A DNA stretch of 64,000 bases from Octopus vulgaris (GCA_951406725.2 OX597837.1:19840001-19904000), one strand, 5' to 3'; positions 41,401 through 56,468 are shown, counted from the first letter of the stretch. Notes: generated from the letters alone by a model not told the origin. Numbers and translations are program-made.

Positions 41401-41862
41401 TATATGTATGTATGTATGTATGCATAACTGCCAAAGAAGCATAATCATTTTAATCATTCACCCTCGCCTCTTTCTTTACCGCCACCCACTATTCCCTCCC
41501 CTCCGCCCTCCACAACCAATCTTATAAAACCTGCCAGCGACCCCTCGTTAAGGTGTATTTAAACTTGCAACTCTCTGAGTTTCTTATACTGAATTTCTAT
41601 TGTCCCGTCGATCAGCCATTCTTTGATTCTTGTTTCTCTTATTGCTTCTTTTTCTTCTCTTTTTTACTGAATAAATTATATTTCTTGTGAAGCTCCTTCT
41701 CATAATATCATTGTCATATCAGTATTACGCAGCACGCATGCTCAAGCCTCTTCTCTACTATTGTATTTCAACAGAAAGTGGATCATCGAAAGTCAAAAAG
41801 GAAAATACTGATGGGGTGTTTTTATTATTATCGTTATTATTATTATTATTATTATTATTATC

Positions 41863-41924
<62 letters not shown>

Positions 41925-41961
41925 CATTATTATCATAATCATCATCATCTTCATCATCATG

Positions 41962-42023
<62 letters not shown>

Positions 42024-42052
42024 CATAATCTTCATCATCTTCATCATCATCA

Positions 42053-42186
<134 letters not shown>

Positions 42187-43084
42187 TGCATTCTATTTAA
42201 AGTAATTGATTCGAGGCTATTCAGAACCAATGTTGTTGAAATGGCTGTTTGGATATTTCGTTACTGGACTGCAAGACTGACTGGTTGTCTGTCTGTCTGT
42301 CTGTCTATCTGTCTATTTCTCTGCCTGTCTGTCTGTACGACTGTCTAACGGTCTGACTGGCTGACACTGATTGTTAATTTGTTGTGAGAGCAGAATCTGT
42401 GAGTTCAAGAAACACTGCAGGCAAAAATCTCCTTAATTTAACGGATCTACCAATCATCGTCATCACCACCACCACATCATCATCATTATCTCCTCCACAA
42501 CCCCACCATCACCAGCATCACCATGAAAAGTGACACCACTACCAGCACTATTACAATCATCATCATTATCATCATAATCATCATCATCATCCTGCTGTCA
42601 TCGTCGTCGTCGTCGTCACCACTCTGTCCATGTAATTTTCTACATAACATCCGTTCATTTAGTTATTATTGTTGTCCATTATCTCCCCCCGGGTAGGTAA
42701 ATTGGCGAAGCCAAAACACTGTAGACCAGAATGTTTTGTATTATTCGTTGCAGCGCTCAGAGTTCAAATCCCACAGAAGTCAGCTTTGTCATTCCTCTTT
42801 TTTTTGTGGTCGATAAATGTGATACCAAGGGAATTGTTTGCGCGACGATGAAATGACTTGCGGTGTTTGTTCCATTTCGTGTGTGCATGTGTGTGTGTGT
42901 GTGTGTGTGTATAAACTGTATTTTCCAAAATGGAGGCCAACACCTTTCTTCATGCGACACTAGCATATATTCTTATATTCCTAATTTTCTTAACATGAAA
43001 CCAATGGTAGCCTTAATTCACAAATAAAGAAATTATTTCCACTAATGCGGTGTTTAGCACTCATTTTCATCGTTCGACATTTAC

Positions 43085-43142
<58 letters not shown>

Positions 43143-43163
43143 GTATATATATATATATATGTA

Positions 43164-43240
<77 letters not shown>

Positions 43241-43295
43241 ATATGTTATGTCTGTATATATGTTATATTTATATATATGTATGTATATATGTTAT

Positions 43296-46200
43296 GTCAG
43301 GTCTCCGCTTGGAGCTACTGGTAACATGTAACCCAGTACAACCTGTTACATGGTCGGGTCGTTGGCGATTAAACTGGCAACCCCACCAAGATTTCTTGGT
43401 GAGGAGGGTGATTTGGACACCCAGCAGGACTAAAAACAAAACCTGTCAAAGGGCAGAGGAACTCTCTCATGAGTCAATGACCATCCAAAATCCGGAGTGG
43501 AGCCCCTAAGGCGGTTGGATTGCGCCATGCGTGCCACCTTCCGGCAGCTCCTGCATCCTGGTCTACCCCCAGCCGTCTTGACTTTGTCTTGCCACTGGAT
43601 CCGGCGCACCAGGGCGAGAGAGTGAGGCTGATCCTACGCAAATCACCCTCACTATAATCCAAGTCACGCGCACGTCATGACATCATGACACCAACATCAC
43701 AAAGTCCTGTGGCGATGGGGAGACGGCGAAGTAGCAGGTGAGGATACACTGGGAGCTGCAGTCGTGAACCCACACACAGGCGGCTCAGGACATGTGGTCG
43801 CCCCTCACTGAACTGAGGCAGCAGTGGAGTCCGGCAGCCTCCTGAGTGACCGAGCAGCCCTCTTCAGGATCGCTCTGCTCGCCTCCGCAGCATGAGGACG
43901 GGGCTAGAAAAGGTTGCCCTAAACATAGCCTGCCTCACCTCACCCTGGTCAGCAAACCGCGGCTGGCGGGGATCCTTTCCAAGCGGTCGAAACAAAGAAA
44001 GAAAACAAACAAAGGTGCTCACTTTCGCAACTTGGAACGTGAGAACTCTGTTTGACCCAAAGCGGACAGACCAGAGAGACGAACTGCCCTGGTGGCCAGA
44101 GAACTGACCGATACAATGGCGATATCGCAGCACTGAGCGAGACCCGCCTTGCGGACAAAGGCCAGCTGACAGAGACAGGCGGCGGCTACACTTTCTTTTG
44201 GAGTGGTTGCAGCAGCGAAGAGCGTCGTGAGGCTGGTGTTGGTTTTGCCATCAAGTCAGTACACGTGCGGACACTGGAAAGCTCCCCCGAGGATATCAAC
44301 GATCGGCTGATGAAGATGCAGCTCCCACTTGGAAACAAGACTAGTGCGACCATCATCAGCGCTTACGCCCCCACCATGACCAGCCCTGAAGAAGTTAAGG
44401 ACAGGTTCTATGAGGAACTCGACTCCCTCATCACGTCAGCCCAGCCTGGGAAGCTCATCCTCCCTGGGGACTTTAACGCCCGTGTCGGGACTGACCACCA
44501 AGCCTGGCATCGCGTACTGGGAAAGCAAGGAATCGGAAAGTGCAACAACAACGGGCAGCTCCTCCTGCGGGCGTGTGCCTCTCATGATCTTACCATCGCC
44601 AACACCTTGTTCCGTCTGCCAACACGCAACAAGACATCATGGATGCATCCACGCTCCAAACACTGGCATCTGATAGATTACGTCATCGTCAGGGCGAAAG
44701 ACAGGCGGGACGTGAGACTGGTCAAAGCCATGTGTGGAGCTGATTGCTGGACGGACCATCGCCTCATCATCTCCAGGATGGATTTCTACATCCAACCAAA
44801 GAGAAGACCACAGGGTCAGAAAGTGACGAGGAAGCTTAACACGAAATTAATGAACCAGCTGACTGCACAAGATCTCCAGTAACGTATGGACAGCAAGCTG
44901 TTGGACATTCGGAATGACTAGTTCAGCATCGATGAGCAGTGGGAATCATTCAGGGACACGGTTCATTCCATCGCCCTTGAAACTCTAGGCCAAGTTACGA
45001 GGAACCACCAGGACTGGTTCGACGAAAACGACAAGGAAATCCAAAAGCTCCTGGAAGAGAAACGCCGTCTGCTGTGGGCCCACCAAAATGACACCACCTG
45101 CACGGCAAAGAAGACTGTTTTCAACAACATTCGCAGCACAGTCCAGGCAAAACTCCGCCTCGTGTAAGACGCATGGTTAAGCGCCAAGGCGGATGAGATT
45201 CAGAGATACGCAGACAAACACGACACCAAGAAATTCTACGAGGCGCTGAAAGCTGTCTATGGACCGCAGTCCTCCTTTGGATCAACCCCCCTGCTCAGCT
45301 CGGATGGAACCTCACTCCTGACTAACAAGCGGCTGATCCTGGAGAGATGGGCGGAGCATTTCAACATCGTGCTCAACCGACCAGCCCAGATCAACGAGGA
45401 AGCCATCGCACGACTCCCCCAGGTGCCGACAAACCACGAGCTGGCTGTTACACCTGCAGTCGAGGAAGTGAGCAGAGCCATCAAAAAAATGTCCACCGGC
45501 AAAGCTCCAGGCTCTGACGCCATCCCTGCAGAGGTGTTCAAGTCGGGCGGCCCCACCATGATCAGTCAGCTCACCAGCCTGTTCCAGTCGATGTGGGACA
45601 GAGAACAACTCCCTCAAGATTTCCGGGACGCAACAATCGTCCACATTTATAAGCGGAAAGGAGATCGGCAGTCCTGCGACAACCACCTAGGAATCTCCCT
45701 CTTGTCCATAGCAGGCAGGATCCTTGCCCGAGTCCTGCTTGACCGCCTTCTGGAGCAAGGCCTTCTCCCTGAGAGCCAGTGTGGCTTTCGCGCGGGTCGA
45801 GGGACCACTGACATGATATTCGCCGCCCGCCAGCTCCAGGAGAAATGCATGGAGCAGCACCTTGACCTCTGCATGACCTTTGTTGACCTCACCAGGGCTT
45901 TCGATACAGTCAGTCGGGAGAAACTCTGGAAGGTCATGGGAAAATTTGGTTGCCCCAGCAAATTTATTGCAATTGTCCGCCAGTTCCACGACGGAATGAC
46001 AGCCAGAATCCTTGAAGACGGCAACTCATCTGAAGCCTTCCAGGTGACAAACGGAGTCAGGCAGGGCTGTGTCCTGGCCCCAACACTGTTCAGCATCATG
46101 TTCTCGGCAATGCTGTCCGACGCCTTCAGGGACTGCAAGTCCGGTATCGACATCAAGTATAGGACGGACGGGAAACTTTTCAACTCCAGAGGATTGCAGG

Positions 46201-47237
46201 CCGTCACAAAGGTAAGGGAGACAGTCGTCAGAGACTTTCTCTTTGCTGACGACTGCGCCCTTAATGCAATCGATGAGCAGGAGATGCAGCTCGGGATGGA
46301 CAGGTTCTCATCAGCCTGTGACAACTTCGGTCTCACCATCAGTGCCAAGAAAACCGAAGTGATGTTTCAGCCAATCCCCGGCAAACAATACCATGAGCCT
46401 CAGATAAAGGTGAACGGACGGATCCTACGAGTGGTGGATAACTTCACCTACCTGGGCAGCACTCTCTCCTGCAATGCCAACATAGACGCTGAAATCATCA
46501 ACAGAATCTCCAAGGCAAGCAGCGCGTTTGGGAGACAGCGAAAGAAAGTCTGGGAGCGGAGAGGAATCAGCCTCAACACCAAGCTGAAAGTCTACCGGGC
46601 AGTCGTGCTTACCATCCTACTATACGGCTGCGAGACGTGGACTGCTTACCGAAGGCACGAGCGCCAGATAAACCACTTCCACCTCAGGTGTCTTCGGAAC
46701 CTCCTTCACATCCGCTGGCAGGACAAAGTCCCAGACACGGAAGTTCTGAAGCAGGCAGATCTCCCTAGCACCATCATGATCATGTGCAAGGCCCAGCTGA
46801 GATGGGCAGCCACGTCTCCTGCATGTCCGACACTCGCATCCCAAAACAGCTTTTCTACGGTGAACTCAGCCAGGGCAAACGCAAAGTCGGAGGGCAGAAG
46901 AAGCGCTTCAAGGACAGTCTCAAAGTCTCTCTCAAAGACTTCTCCATCGGCACAGAGACTTGGGAGACACTTGCTGCCGACCGCTCATCCTGGCGCAGCG
47001 CAATCACCACAGGAGCAAAGACAGCCGAGGAGAGACGGATTCAGTCAGCAGAACAGAAACGCCAGATGCGGAAAGCCAGAGCCACCTGCACCAATAGCAC
47101 AGCCCCTACCCACTTCTGCCCCACCTGTGGGAGGGGCTTTCTTGCCCAGATTGGCCTCACTAGCCACCTCCGGTCTCATAGCAACAATTCCACCAAATGA
47201 TGTCAATGGTCATTTTCGAACCCGAAGGACGAACATT
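43296..47237 (+). mobile_element. Near full-length RTE-clade LINE (about 3.9 kb)
   Basis: GC-rich block with a ~600-bp 5' UTR, APE endonuclease, RT, C-terminal C2H2 finger and short 3' UTR; possible low-complexity TSD TATGTATATATGT. Confidence 0.95.
43892..47200 (+). pseudogene. RTE ORF (APE-RT-zinc finger), disrupted
   Basis: TWNVRTL, LSETR, GDFNARVG, IDYVIV, TDH; KAPGSD, QCGFR, FVDLTRAFDTV, GVRQG, LFADD, YLGS; CPTCGRGFLAQIGLTSHLRSH; stops at about 44880, 44920 and 45165 and frameshifts near 44070-44105 and 46810. Confidence 0.93.
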
Positions 47238-47266
47238 ATGTATATATGTATATATATACGGATATA

Positions 47267-47321
<55 letters not shown>

Positions 47322-47441
47322 GCGTTTATGTATTTTTTGCAAGATTCTTGATGTGAAATCGTGTATTGAAACAGTTATCGTTATATTTGGGGATGGTCAT
47401 CTTTTGCCAATTAAGCACACGCACCATATATTTTATCTTCA

Positions 47442-47487
<46 letters not shown>

Positions 47488-47758
47488 TTCAATATGATTT
47501 CTTTCAATTATTTCCATTTCTTTCCGAGTGTCTTCTTGACACCTAGGGCAGAGAAACGCACTGTATACACCAGATAGTTCATTTACAAAGTCATATGACA
47601 GAGAAAAAGGTGAAGAAAGACAGAGAAAAGGGGAAAATAAAGGATAAAAAATAAACAAAGAAATAAAGAAAGAAAAAAGTAAAAGAACAGAAAGAAAAGA
47701 AAGAAAGAAAAGAAAGAATGCAAGAGAGAAAACAAAAACAAAGAATATTACTATTATT

Positions 47759-48311
47759 GAGTGAGAGAGCAGTGCATACGATCAAAGTGACACTGGGATG
47801 AAATATACGAAGCCCAGTATACCCATCATGACTACCCGTCTGATAAATGTAGACAAGACACATGCATCACAACTATATGTGCGCGACATGGTGATCTCAT
47901 ATCAAGAAAAAGAGCACATTACCTTGCAGGTGGGGCCCAGTTAGGATTTTCTGCTGGTCGAGTAACCCATCTCGCTCCAAAGTTCCCTGAATAAAGGTTG
48001 TTTAAGGATGTTGAACGAAACACCCATGTTTTCAGAGGTGAATTATTCAAACCCCAAAGAATCCCTCTCAACACATGGCTATGATGCTCCCCCACTACTT
48101 TTGCTCGTGATCAGAGATGCACATATCGTCAGCCACTAAGGGATATGCTCAACTGGTTAAGGTCAAACAACTGACAAGCAAATCTGTGGTATAGAGCAGA
48201 ATATTTGCTGTAGCCCATCTTTTATACCAAGACAAAACAATGTACATGATAACACTTCCAATCAGTTAAGATCAGAAGCCACGAGTGCCACTGTCTGGTA
48301 CTGCATCAGGG
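47759..48311 (-). mobile_element. (TAA)n-associated element, full-length copy
   Basis: Reverse complement of the consensus, (TTA)n flanks. Confidence 0.9.
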
Positions 48312-48328
48312 TATTATTATTATTATCC

Positions 48329-48495
<167 letters not shown>

Positions 48496-48712
48496 GAGTG
48501 AGCGAGCAGAGCATGCCATCAAAGTGACACTGGGGTAAAATATACGAAGCCCAATATACCCATCATGACTACCCGTCTGATAAAGGTACACCAGGCACAT
48601 GCATCACAACCATATGTGCGCGACATGGTGATCTCATATCAAGATAAACAGCACATGACCTTGCAGGTGGGGCCCAGTTAGAATTTTCTTCAGGTTGAGT
48701 AGCCCATCCCGC
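48496..48712 (-). mobile_element. (TAA)n-associated element, 5'-truncated copy (217 bp)
   Basis: 3' end intact, (TTA)n on both sides. Confidence 0.9.
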
Positions 48713-48770
<58 letters not shown>

Positions 48771-48790
48771 CATCATCATCATCATCATCA

Positions 48791-48836
<46 letters not shown>

Positions 48837-48899
48837 CATTATTATTATTATTATTATCATTATTATTATTATTATTATTGTTATTGTTATTATTGTTTA

Positions 48900-49150
48900 G
48901 CATGGTGTCCATCAAAGTTCTTTCGTCACTTATTCAACGACACTCAGTGCCTATACCATTTTATCTTTCTGTGGTATGTAGCAGTCCTGGAACGCTTGCG
49001 AAGTGATGCCTTTTAACGTCTCCTTCGTTTTCTTCTTCATCTCTTCTGCATGTGCAAAACGTTTCCCTTTAAGAACTGTTTTCATTCGGAGAAACCAAAA
49101 AGTCGGGCGGATAGGGTGGATAAGCGGAATCACGTATTTAGTCGTGACTT
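48900..49150 (-). mobile_element. Mariner transposase C-terminal fragment
   Basis: FWFLRMKTVLKGKRFAHAEEMKKKTKETLKGITSQAFQDCY. Confidence 0.75.
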
Positions 49151-49155
49151 CTTTT

Positions 49156-49244
<89 letters not shown>

Positions 49245-49271
49245 GCATATATACATGTATACGCACGCACG

Positions 49272-49302
<31 letters not shown>

Positions 49303-49388
49303 TTATATTATTATACGATTGAACACCTCGCATCCTTTTCCAAGTACGTTTTATCTCTCTCTCTCTACCTATCTATCTATCTATTTAT

Positions 49389-49433
<45 letters not shown>

Positions 49434-49699
49434 TCAGAGTAATAAAGATTTTAGAATTATTTTTTACTACCAGTGGCCTAGCATGTAGGAAAATTAGTCA
49501 ATAGACTATATATTATTCATATAAATACAGTGTACATTTAAACTCATAAGTGGTATCCGCCATAGGATTCCTGGCACGCTAGATGGAACAGCCAAAGTCC
49601 AAATCACTATTAGGGATAAAAGTTCGAAGGGAATGAAAAATAAAAACATTTACCCTCTATCTCCTGGACCATGATTTTTTTAGCTAATAAAATAATTTG

Positions 49700-50078
49700 C
49701 TAGGGGAAGTTTTCATCAACAGGTACGCCAAGATTAAACATATAAGTACGAGGCAATCCAGCATGTGCCTCGTGCTTATACATTATATTTTTTCCCCTGA
49801 TATCTCTCCTGTTGATCATCTATTTCAGCATTTTGAGCTTTTCATAAGAAATAATACATTCTTAAACAGAGAAGAGGTAATTGAAACAGTCGGGCAGTTT
49901 ATCACAGCAAAAGATGATTTTGTTTAAAAAAGATGGAATATTTGACATAGAGAAACGTTGGGCAGAGGTCATAAATGAACATGGATCATACTTTGATTAA
50001 ATAAATCAGTTCTCTAACACTTCTGAAACATTTTATTGTTACCTTTCAAATACGACATTTCATGTGAAACAACTAAAT
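49700..50078 (+). mobile_element. Mariner 3' fragment
   Basis: FSPDISPVDHLFQHF...F...EEV....GQF...GIFDIEKRWAEVINEHGSYFD*. Confidence 0.75.
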
Positions 50079-50136
50079 ATATTTTTATAAATATTTAGCA
50101 GAAGCAACAGAGTAACTGAAGGGTCTAGAGCTTATA

Positions 50137-50207
<71 letters not shown>

Positions 50208-50254
50208 GCACGCACACACTCTTTTATCCCCCTCCCCACATATATATATATATA

Positions 50255-50400
50255 TACGACGGACTTCTGTCGGTTTCTGTCTGTCAAATCCACTGACAAG
50301 ACTTTGGTCAAACTGGGGCTACAGTAGAAGATTGTCGCCCAAGGTGCCGCACTGAGGGACTGAACCGGAAACCATGTGGCTGGGATGCAAGTCTCTCTCA
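50255..50400 (-). mobile_element. SINE family A, 5' half
   Basis: ACGACGGACTTCT...AAATCCACT...GGGACTGAACCGGAAACCATGTGG. Confidence 0.75.
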
Positions 50401-50769
50401 AATCACACACATGCACACACACTGACTCACCAATGCCCACATTCACAGAAGCACACACTCACACACATTCGAATTTACACATGCCGACACATAGAGCATG
50501 CGGGCACATATAGACGCACACAATACCACATGGTTCTCTTTGTCACACATGCGTAAGTTCACTCATACATACACATACTCAAACACACAGACACGTACTC
50601 ACACACATATAAACACACATACACACACCAACACACATGCTCGCACACACTACACATACTTTGACTCACACGCACTCAGTCTCACACATTCACACGGACA
50701 CACGCGAACACACAAATACACACACACACGCACACACACAGACACACACACACAGACACACACACACAG

Positions 50770-50808
<39 letters not shown>

Positions 50809-51444
50809 ACACGCTACCATCTTCAGTAAACAACGACACATCAGAAAATATGTAAAGTAAAGTGGAACAAACATTTCCAAGGCAGCCATTAACGGATGGC
50901 AATTTCGTCGCTAAATTGTGTGTGTATGTATATAAGAGTACATGTAGGCTTCTGTATATGTTTGTGTGTATATATGTTTATATGAATGGATGCGCCCGTG
51001 TGTCAGTGCGCATGTTTGTGTGTGTGTATGTAAGTGTATGTGTGTATAAGAGTGTATGCATGAATTTGTGAGTATATGTATACGTGTGTGTGTATGATGT
51101 AAATATGTGTCCGCACATGTGTGCTTGTCTATATGTGTGGATGTACTCGTTTATATATGCTTACGAAATGGTGTGTATGTGTGTGTGTGTGTTTGTATAT
51201 CTGTATGGATGAGCTATTGTTTGTTTGCATGTGTTTGTGTGTATATATGCGTTTATATATGCATACGCAGGGTGTTTGTGTATATATGTTTGTGTGTGCG
51301 TGTGTGTATATGTGTGAGTGTGTTAAACATTAGTTCCTTTGTGAAAAACTCTGTGAATCACTGTAAGGTCAAGGTCACCAATTCACTCAGACTGAAGAGG
51401 TGAAGCGGGGTTGACAAAGGTCAAGCTTAATTGTGATGCTGTTG

Positions 51445-51475
<31 letters not shown>

Positions 51476-51964
51476 CGGTGGTGGTGGTGAAGACGACGGT
51501 GGTAGTTGTGGTGCTTAGGACCGTCTTGGCAGCAGAAGTAGTAGTAGTTGTAGTAGTAGTAGTAGTGGTGGTGGTGATGATGGTGGTGGTGGTGGCGGTA
51601 GTGGTGGTAATAGGGGTGGCCGTTGTAACGTTGGGACGGTGGTGCCGGTGGTAGTAGTAGTACTTGCAATACTGGAAGTATAGTAGTGGTAGATGATGAT
51701 GGTGGTGGTGGTAGTGGTGATGGTGGGGGGAGATAGTGTTAGTGGGGGTTTAAGCAGGCCTCATGGTTGTGATGATGGAAGTGGTGTTAATATGTTGGTA
51801 GCAGTGGTGAAAGAGGTAAGGATGGTAGTGGTGATGATGGTAGTATGATGTGGTTGTAGTGGTGGTTTCAATGTGATGGAGGCGTTAAAGAGACGGAGAG
51901 AGAGAGTATGGTGGTGTGCATTTATCTTTTATTTTTATTTTTGTTTTTTGTTTGTTCTTTTTTT

Positions 51965-53135
51965 GTCTTGTACTTGTTTCAGTCATTAGACTACGGCCAT
52001 GCTGGGGCACCGCTGTTGCAGGGTTTTTCAGTCCAACGAATCGACCACCCTTTCAAAGCCTGGGACTCATTTCATTGGTCTCTTGTTGCCGAACTCTCTG
52101 TTACGGACGTAAACAAACCAACACCGGTTGTCAAGCAGTACTGTTATTATTATTGTTATTATTATTATTATTATTATAAAGCAGCGAGCTGGCAGAAACG
52201 TTAGCACGCCGGACAAAATGCTTAGCGGCATTTCGTCCGCCTTGACGTTCTGAGTTCACATTCCATCGAAGTCGGAGTCGATGAAATAAATACCGGTTAT
52301 GCACTGGGGTCGATGTAATCGACTATCCCCATCCCCAAAAATTTCAGGCTTTGAGCCTATTGTAGAAAGGATTATTATTAGCAGCATTTCTCCCGTCGCT
52401 ACGTTCTTAGCTCAAATTCCGCCGGGGTCGGAAATTGCTGGCCTTGTACCAAAATTTGAAACCAATCTTACTTTTCATTCTTTCGGTGTTGATAATTATA
52501 AGAATAAACAAATACCTGCGTCACTTTTGCTTTATCTCACTCCATCCGCCTCTTCTTTCTTAGATTTATTGGATAGAGTTGATAAAGTTGTGTTTTGGGG
52601 AAAACAAAAACTAGTTGAAAAGAAACTACCAGAAATATCTACGGCGAGAAAATAGTGCTTCTAAATGAGGTTACCCAGGATTTTATTTCTAACCTAATGG
52701 TGCCAGGAAGGACGTCAATAAACTAACCGGTGTTGGTTCGTTTACTTCCTCGGAACTTAACGGCTTGGTAAAAATGGCTATTGAACAGTCACCAGGCTTC
52801 ACAAAATAAGCTCTGGGCTCGGTTCGTTAGATGAAAACCCCTCAAAGCAGTGCTCCAGCATGACCGCATGACTGAATGACTGAAACAAGTAAAACAGAAA
52901 ATATTTAAATATTCTTTTATTCTTTTATTTGTTTCAGTCATTTGAATGCGGCCATGCTGAAGCATTGCATTGAAGGGATTTTAGTCGAACTAATCGACCC
53001 AATACTTATTTCTTTTTAAAACCTGGTCCTTATTCTATCGGGCTCTTTTTGCCGAACCGCTAAGTTACGGGGACGTAACACATCAACACCGGTTGTCAAG
53101 CATCGATGGGGGTACAAACACAGACAAAAAGGCCC
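51965..53135. mobile_element. SINE cluster (family A 3' halves at 51965-52140 minus, 52720-52895 plus, 52920-53130 minus; family B at 52180-52480 plus)
   Basis: Matches to family A and family B copies elsewhere in the window. Confidence 0.75.
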
Positions 53136-53137
53136 AA

Positions 53138-53171
<34 letters not shown>

Positions 53172-53173
<2 letters not shown>

Positions 53174-53500
53174 CTAATATAGGATAAAATTTTTCGAAAA
53201 AATTCTATGAATGGCCAGCATATTAAAAATACCTTTAAAGGTTAAATTTATAAACAACTTATAAACAAGGGCAAAAAAGAAAAAATCCTAATGCCAAATA
53301 TGCCGAAAATAGACAAATCGTCAATAACCATATAATTTGTTACTATAATCACGCGTCTCGAAGTAAGCCGACAGAAATTTCTAAAAAAATCCGATATTAT
53401 CGTATTGGTCCCAATTTCAGAGTTAATTCATAAGAATTTTCTCCTCGTCAGCGATAAATACGGTAAGAAATAAATGAAATACTTACTTATACCTATGGGT
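53172..53500 (-). mobile_element. (TA)n-associated repeat with decayed hammerhead-like motif; partial second copy at 39560-39655
   Basis: ATCTAATATAGGATAAAA...AAACAACTTATAAA shared by both loci; reverse strand CTGACGA-GGAG...CTTC-GAGA-CGCGT. Confidence 0.55.
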
Positions 53501-54066
53501 ATAAGTGACACTCCTTTCAGATACAAACACACACACACACACACATACACACACACATGCGCGCACATATACACACACTCTCACAAGACAATGATAAAAG
53601 GAAATCTGGACAATTTTTCGAAAAGTGACATATTGCTTCCCTTGGAGAAAACAGCTGGATTTGCCATTACTAAAAGCCAAGAATGGATTATTATTGACAA
53701 CCTGACCAGCTGCAAAGAGATCAACAATTTTTTTTTTTCTCTCCCTTTTCTTCCTTTCCTTCTTTTTCTTTAACACCCCTTCCATATACAAACACACACA
53801 CACACACATGCTATCTCTCACTTTCTCCCCATTCATCACCCTCTTGTACTATTTTAAATCTCTCTCCACCACTACACACTCAATAATACTATAAAAAGAG
53901 TCAAAATTCCTGCAAAAACTTAGTTCAATTTGAAGACTCCGCTAGAATGGACGAAAGCACTGTATATATATGATATATGATATATGATGTATAAAAACAT
54001 GTCACATACTAATAAATATCTATAAGTATAAAACCATCCGGATTTCTGAGTACCTCATTTCTTCTA

Positions 54067-54101
<35 letters not shown>

Positions 54102-54171
54102 ATATATATATTTTTATTTTATTATATTTTTTTTTATAATATAATATTATTATATAATTTTTTTTTTTTTT

Positions 54172-54223
<52 letters not shown>

Positions 54224-54298
54224 TATATATATATATATATATAATTATTAAATTCATATAAATACAACAAAACACCATATATATATTTTTTTATAAAT

Positions 54299-54382
<84 letters not shown>

Positions 54383-54383
<1 letters not shown>

Positions 54384-54535
54384 GACGGGTTTCTTTCAGT
54401 TTCCTTCTACCATATCTACTCACAAGGCTTTGGTCAGCGGTCTGAGGCTATATTAGAAGACACTTGCCCAAAGTGTTACGCAGTGGGACTGAACCCGGAA
54501 GCATGTGGTTAGGAAGCAAGCTTCTTACCACACAG
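54383..54535 (-). mobile_element. SINE family A, 5' half
   Basis: CGACGGGTTTCTTTCAGTTTCC...GCAGTGGGACTGAACCCGGAAGCATGTGG...CTTACCACACAG. Confidence 0.8.
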
Positions 54536-55009
54536 TGTGCACCAAAATATTTACACCAAAACTTCATTGCAAGTATAAAGAAAAACAATAACAAAAGCCA
54601 TGGAACAACTCTGATATTGTGCAATTTGGGGGTCTCAGAATGGGTGACCACGTGGAAGCACTATCATAGGCTCGTTAAAGATGTGCTATGTTTCAGGAAA
54701 TTGTGTTTCGTTGCAAAGCGGCCATGTTAATCTTTGCTTTTTGTTATCCTTTTTATTTGTGGGGATCATTCCTTATACTGCCAAGACGTCTGGTGGTAGG
54801 GGCATCTTTTAAGCGTTGAAAATGATAGCGATAGTAGCGGTGGTAGTAGAGGTGTTGATGGTGTTGTTGTTGGTGGTGGTGGTGATAGTGGTGATGGTGG
54901 ACCTACAGTTGCATGTTATAAAAATATAAGAATTGCGGCGGTGTTGTTGTTGGTGGTGGTTGTGGTAACGGTGACGTTAGCAGCAATGCAGCAGGAACAG
55001 CAACAGGGA

Positions 55010-55149
<140 letters not shown>

Positions 55150-55581
55150 TAGCAGCAACAGCAGCAACAACTCAGTAGTAGTAGCAGAATAAGGAGGAGG
55201 AGGAGGAGGAGGAGGAGAGGGAATTTTTGGTATTGTTGTTACAGTGATGGTGGCGTTTCTGTTTTATCGATGGCTGTAATAATTGCTTATCTCAAACCAC
55301 TAATGTACACTACAGAGTTTCTATTTCCACTGCTCGTATTATTATTACCGCTGAATTTGATGATGATTATGATGACGATGATGATGATTGTAGTAGTGGT
55401 GGTGGTGGTGATAGTGGCATTGCTGTTGTTGCTGTTGTTGTTGCTGTCGTAGTTGGAAAGAAACAATCAACATTTATCCATCTGATCAAAGACGGTGTCT
55501 GGCTGTAAACAACCATTGTTTATCAACATAAACAACAGCTGTACACTAAAACAAACCGGCGACACTGTTTACTTACATAAC

Positions 55582-55641
<60 letters not shown>

Positions 55642-55644
<3 letters not shown>

Positions 55645-55843
55645 CTTTCAAATTTTGGCGCAAGGACCGCAATTTGCGGAGTGGGTGTAAGTCGATTGCA
55701 TCAAATGGTGCTTATTTTATCGATCCCATAAAGATGAAAGAAAAAGTCGACTTCGGCGGAATTTGAACTCAAAATCTGAAGACAGACGAAATGCTGCTAA
55801 GCACTCTGCCCGGGGCGCTAAAGATTCTCCCAACTCACTGCCT
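55642..55843 (-). mobile_element. SINE family B
   Basis: TTTCAAATTTTGGCGCAAGG...AAAGTCGACTTCGGCGGAATTTGAACTC. Confidence 0.8.
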
Positions 55844-55850
55844 TAATAAT

Positions 55851-56458
<608 letters not shown>

Positions 56459-56468
56459 AATAATAAAA

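Noticed and set aside
45647-46348. 233-aa minus-strand ORF
   Set aside because: Antisense shadow of the RTE reverse transcriptase
54065-54380. Irregular A/T-only tract
   Set aside because: Probably low-quality consensus across (TA)n rather than biology
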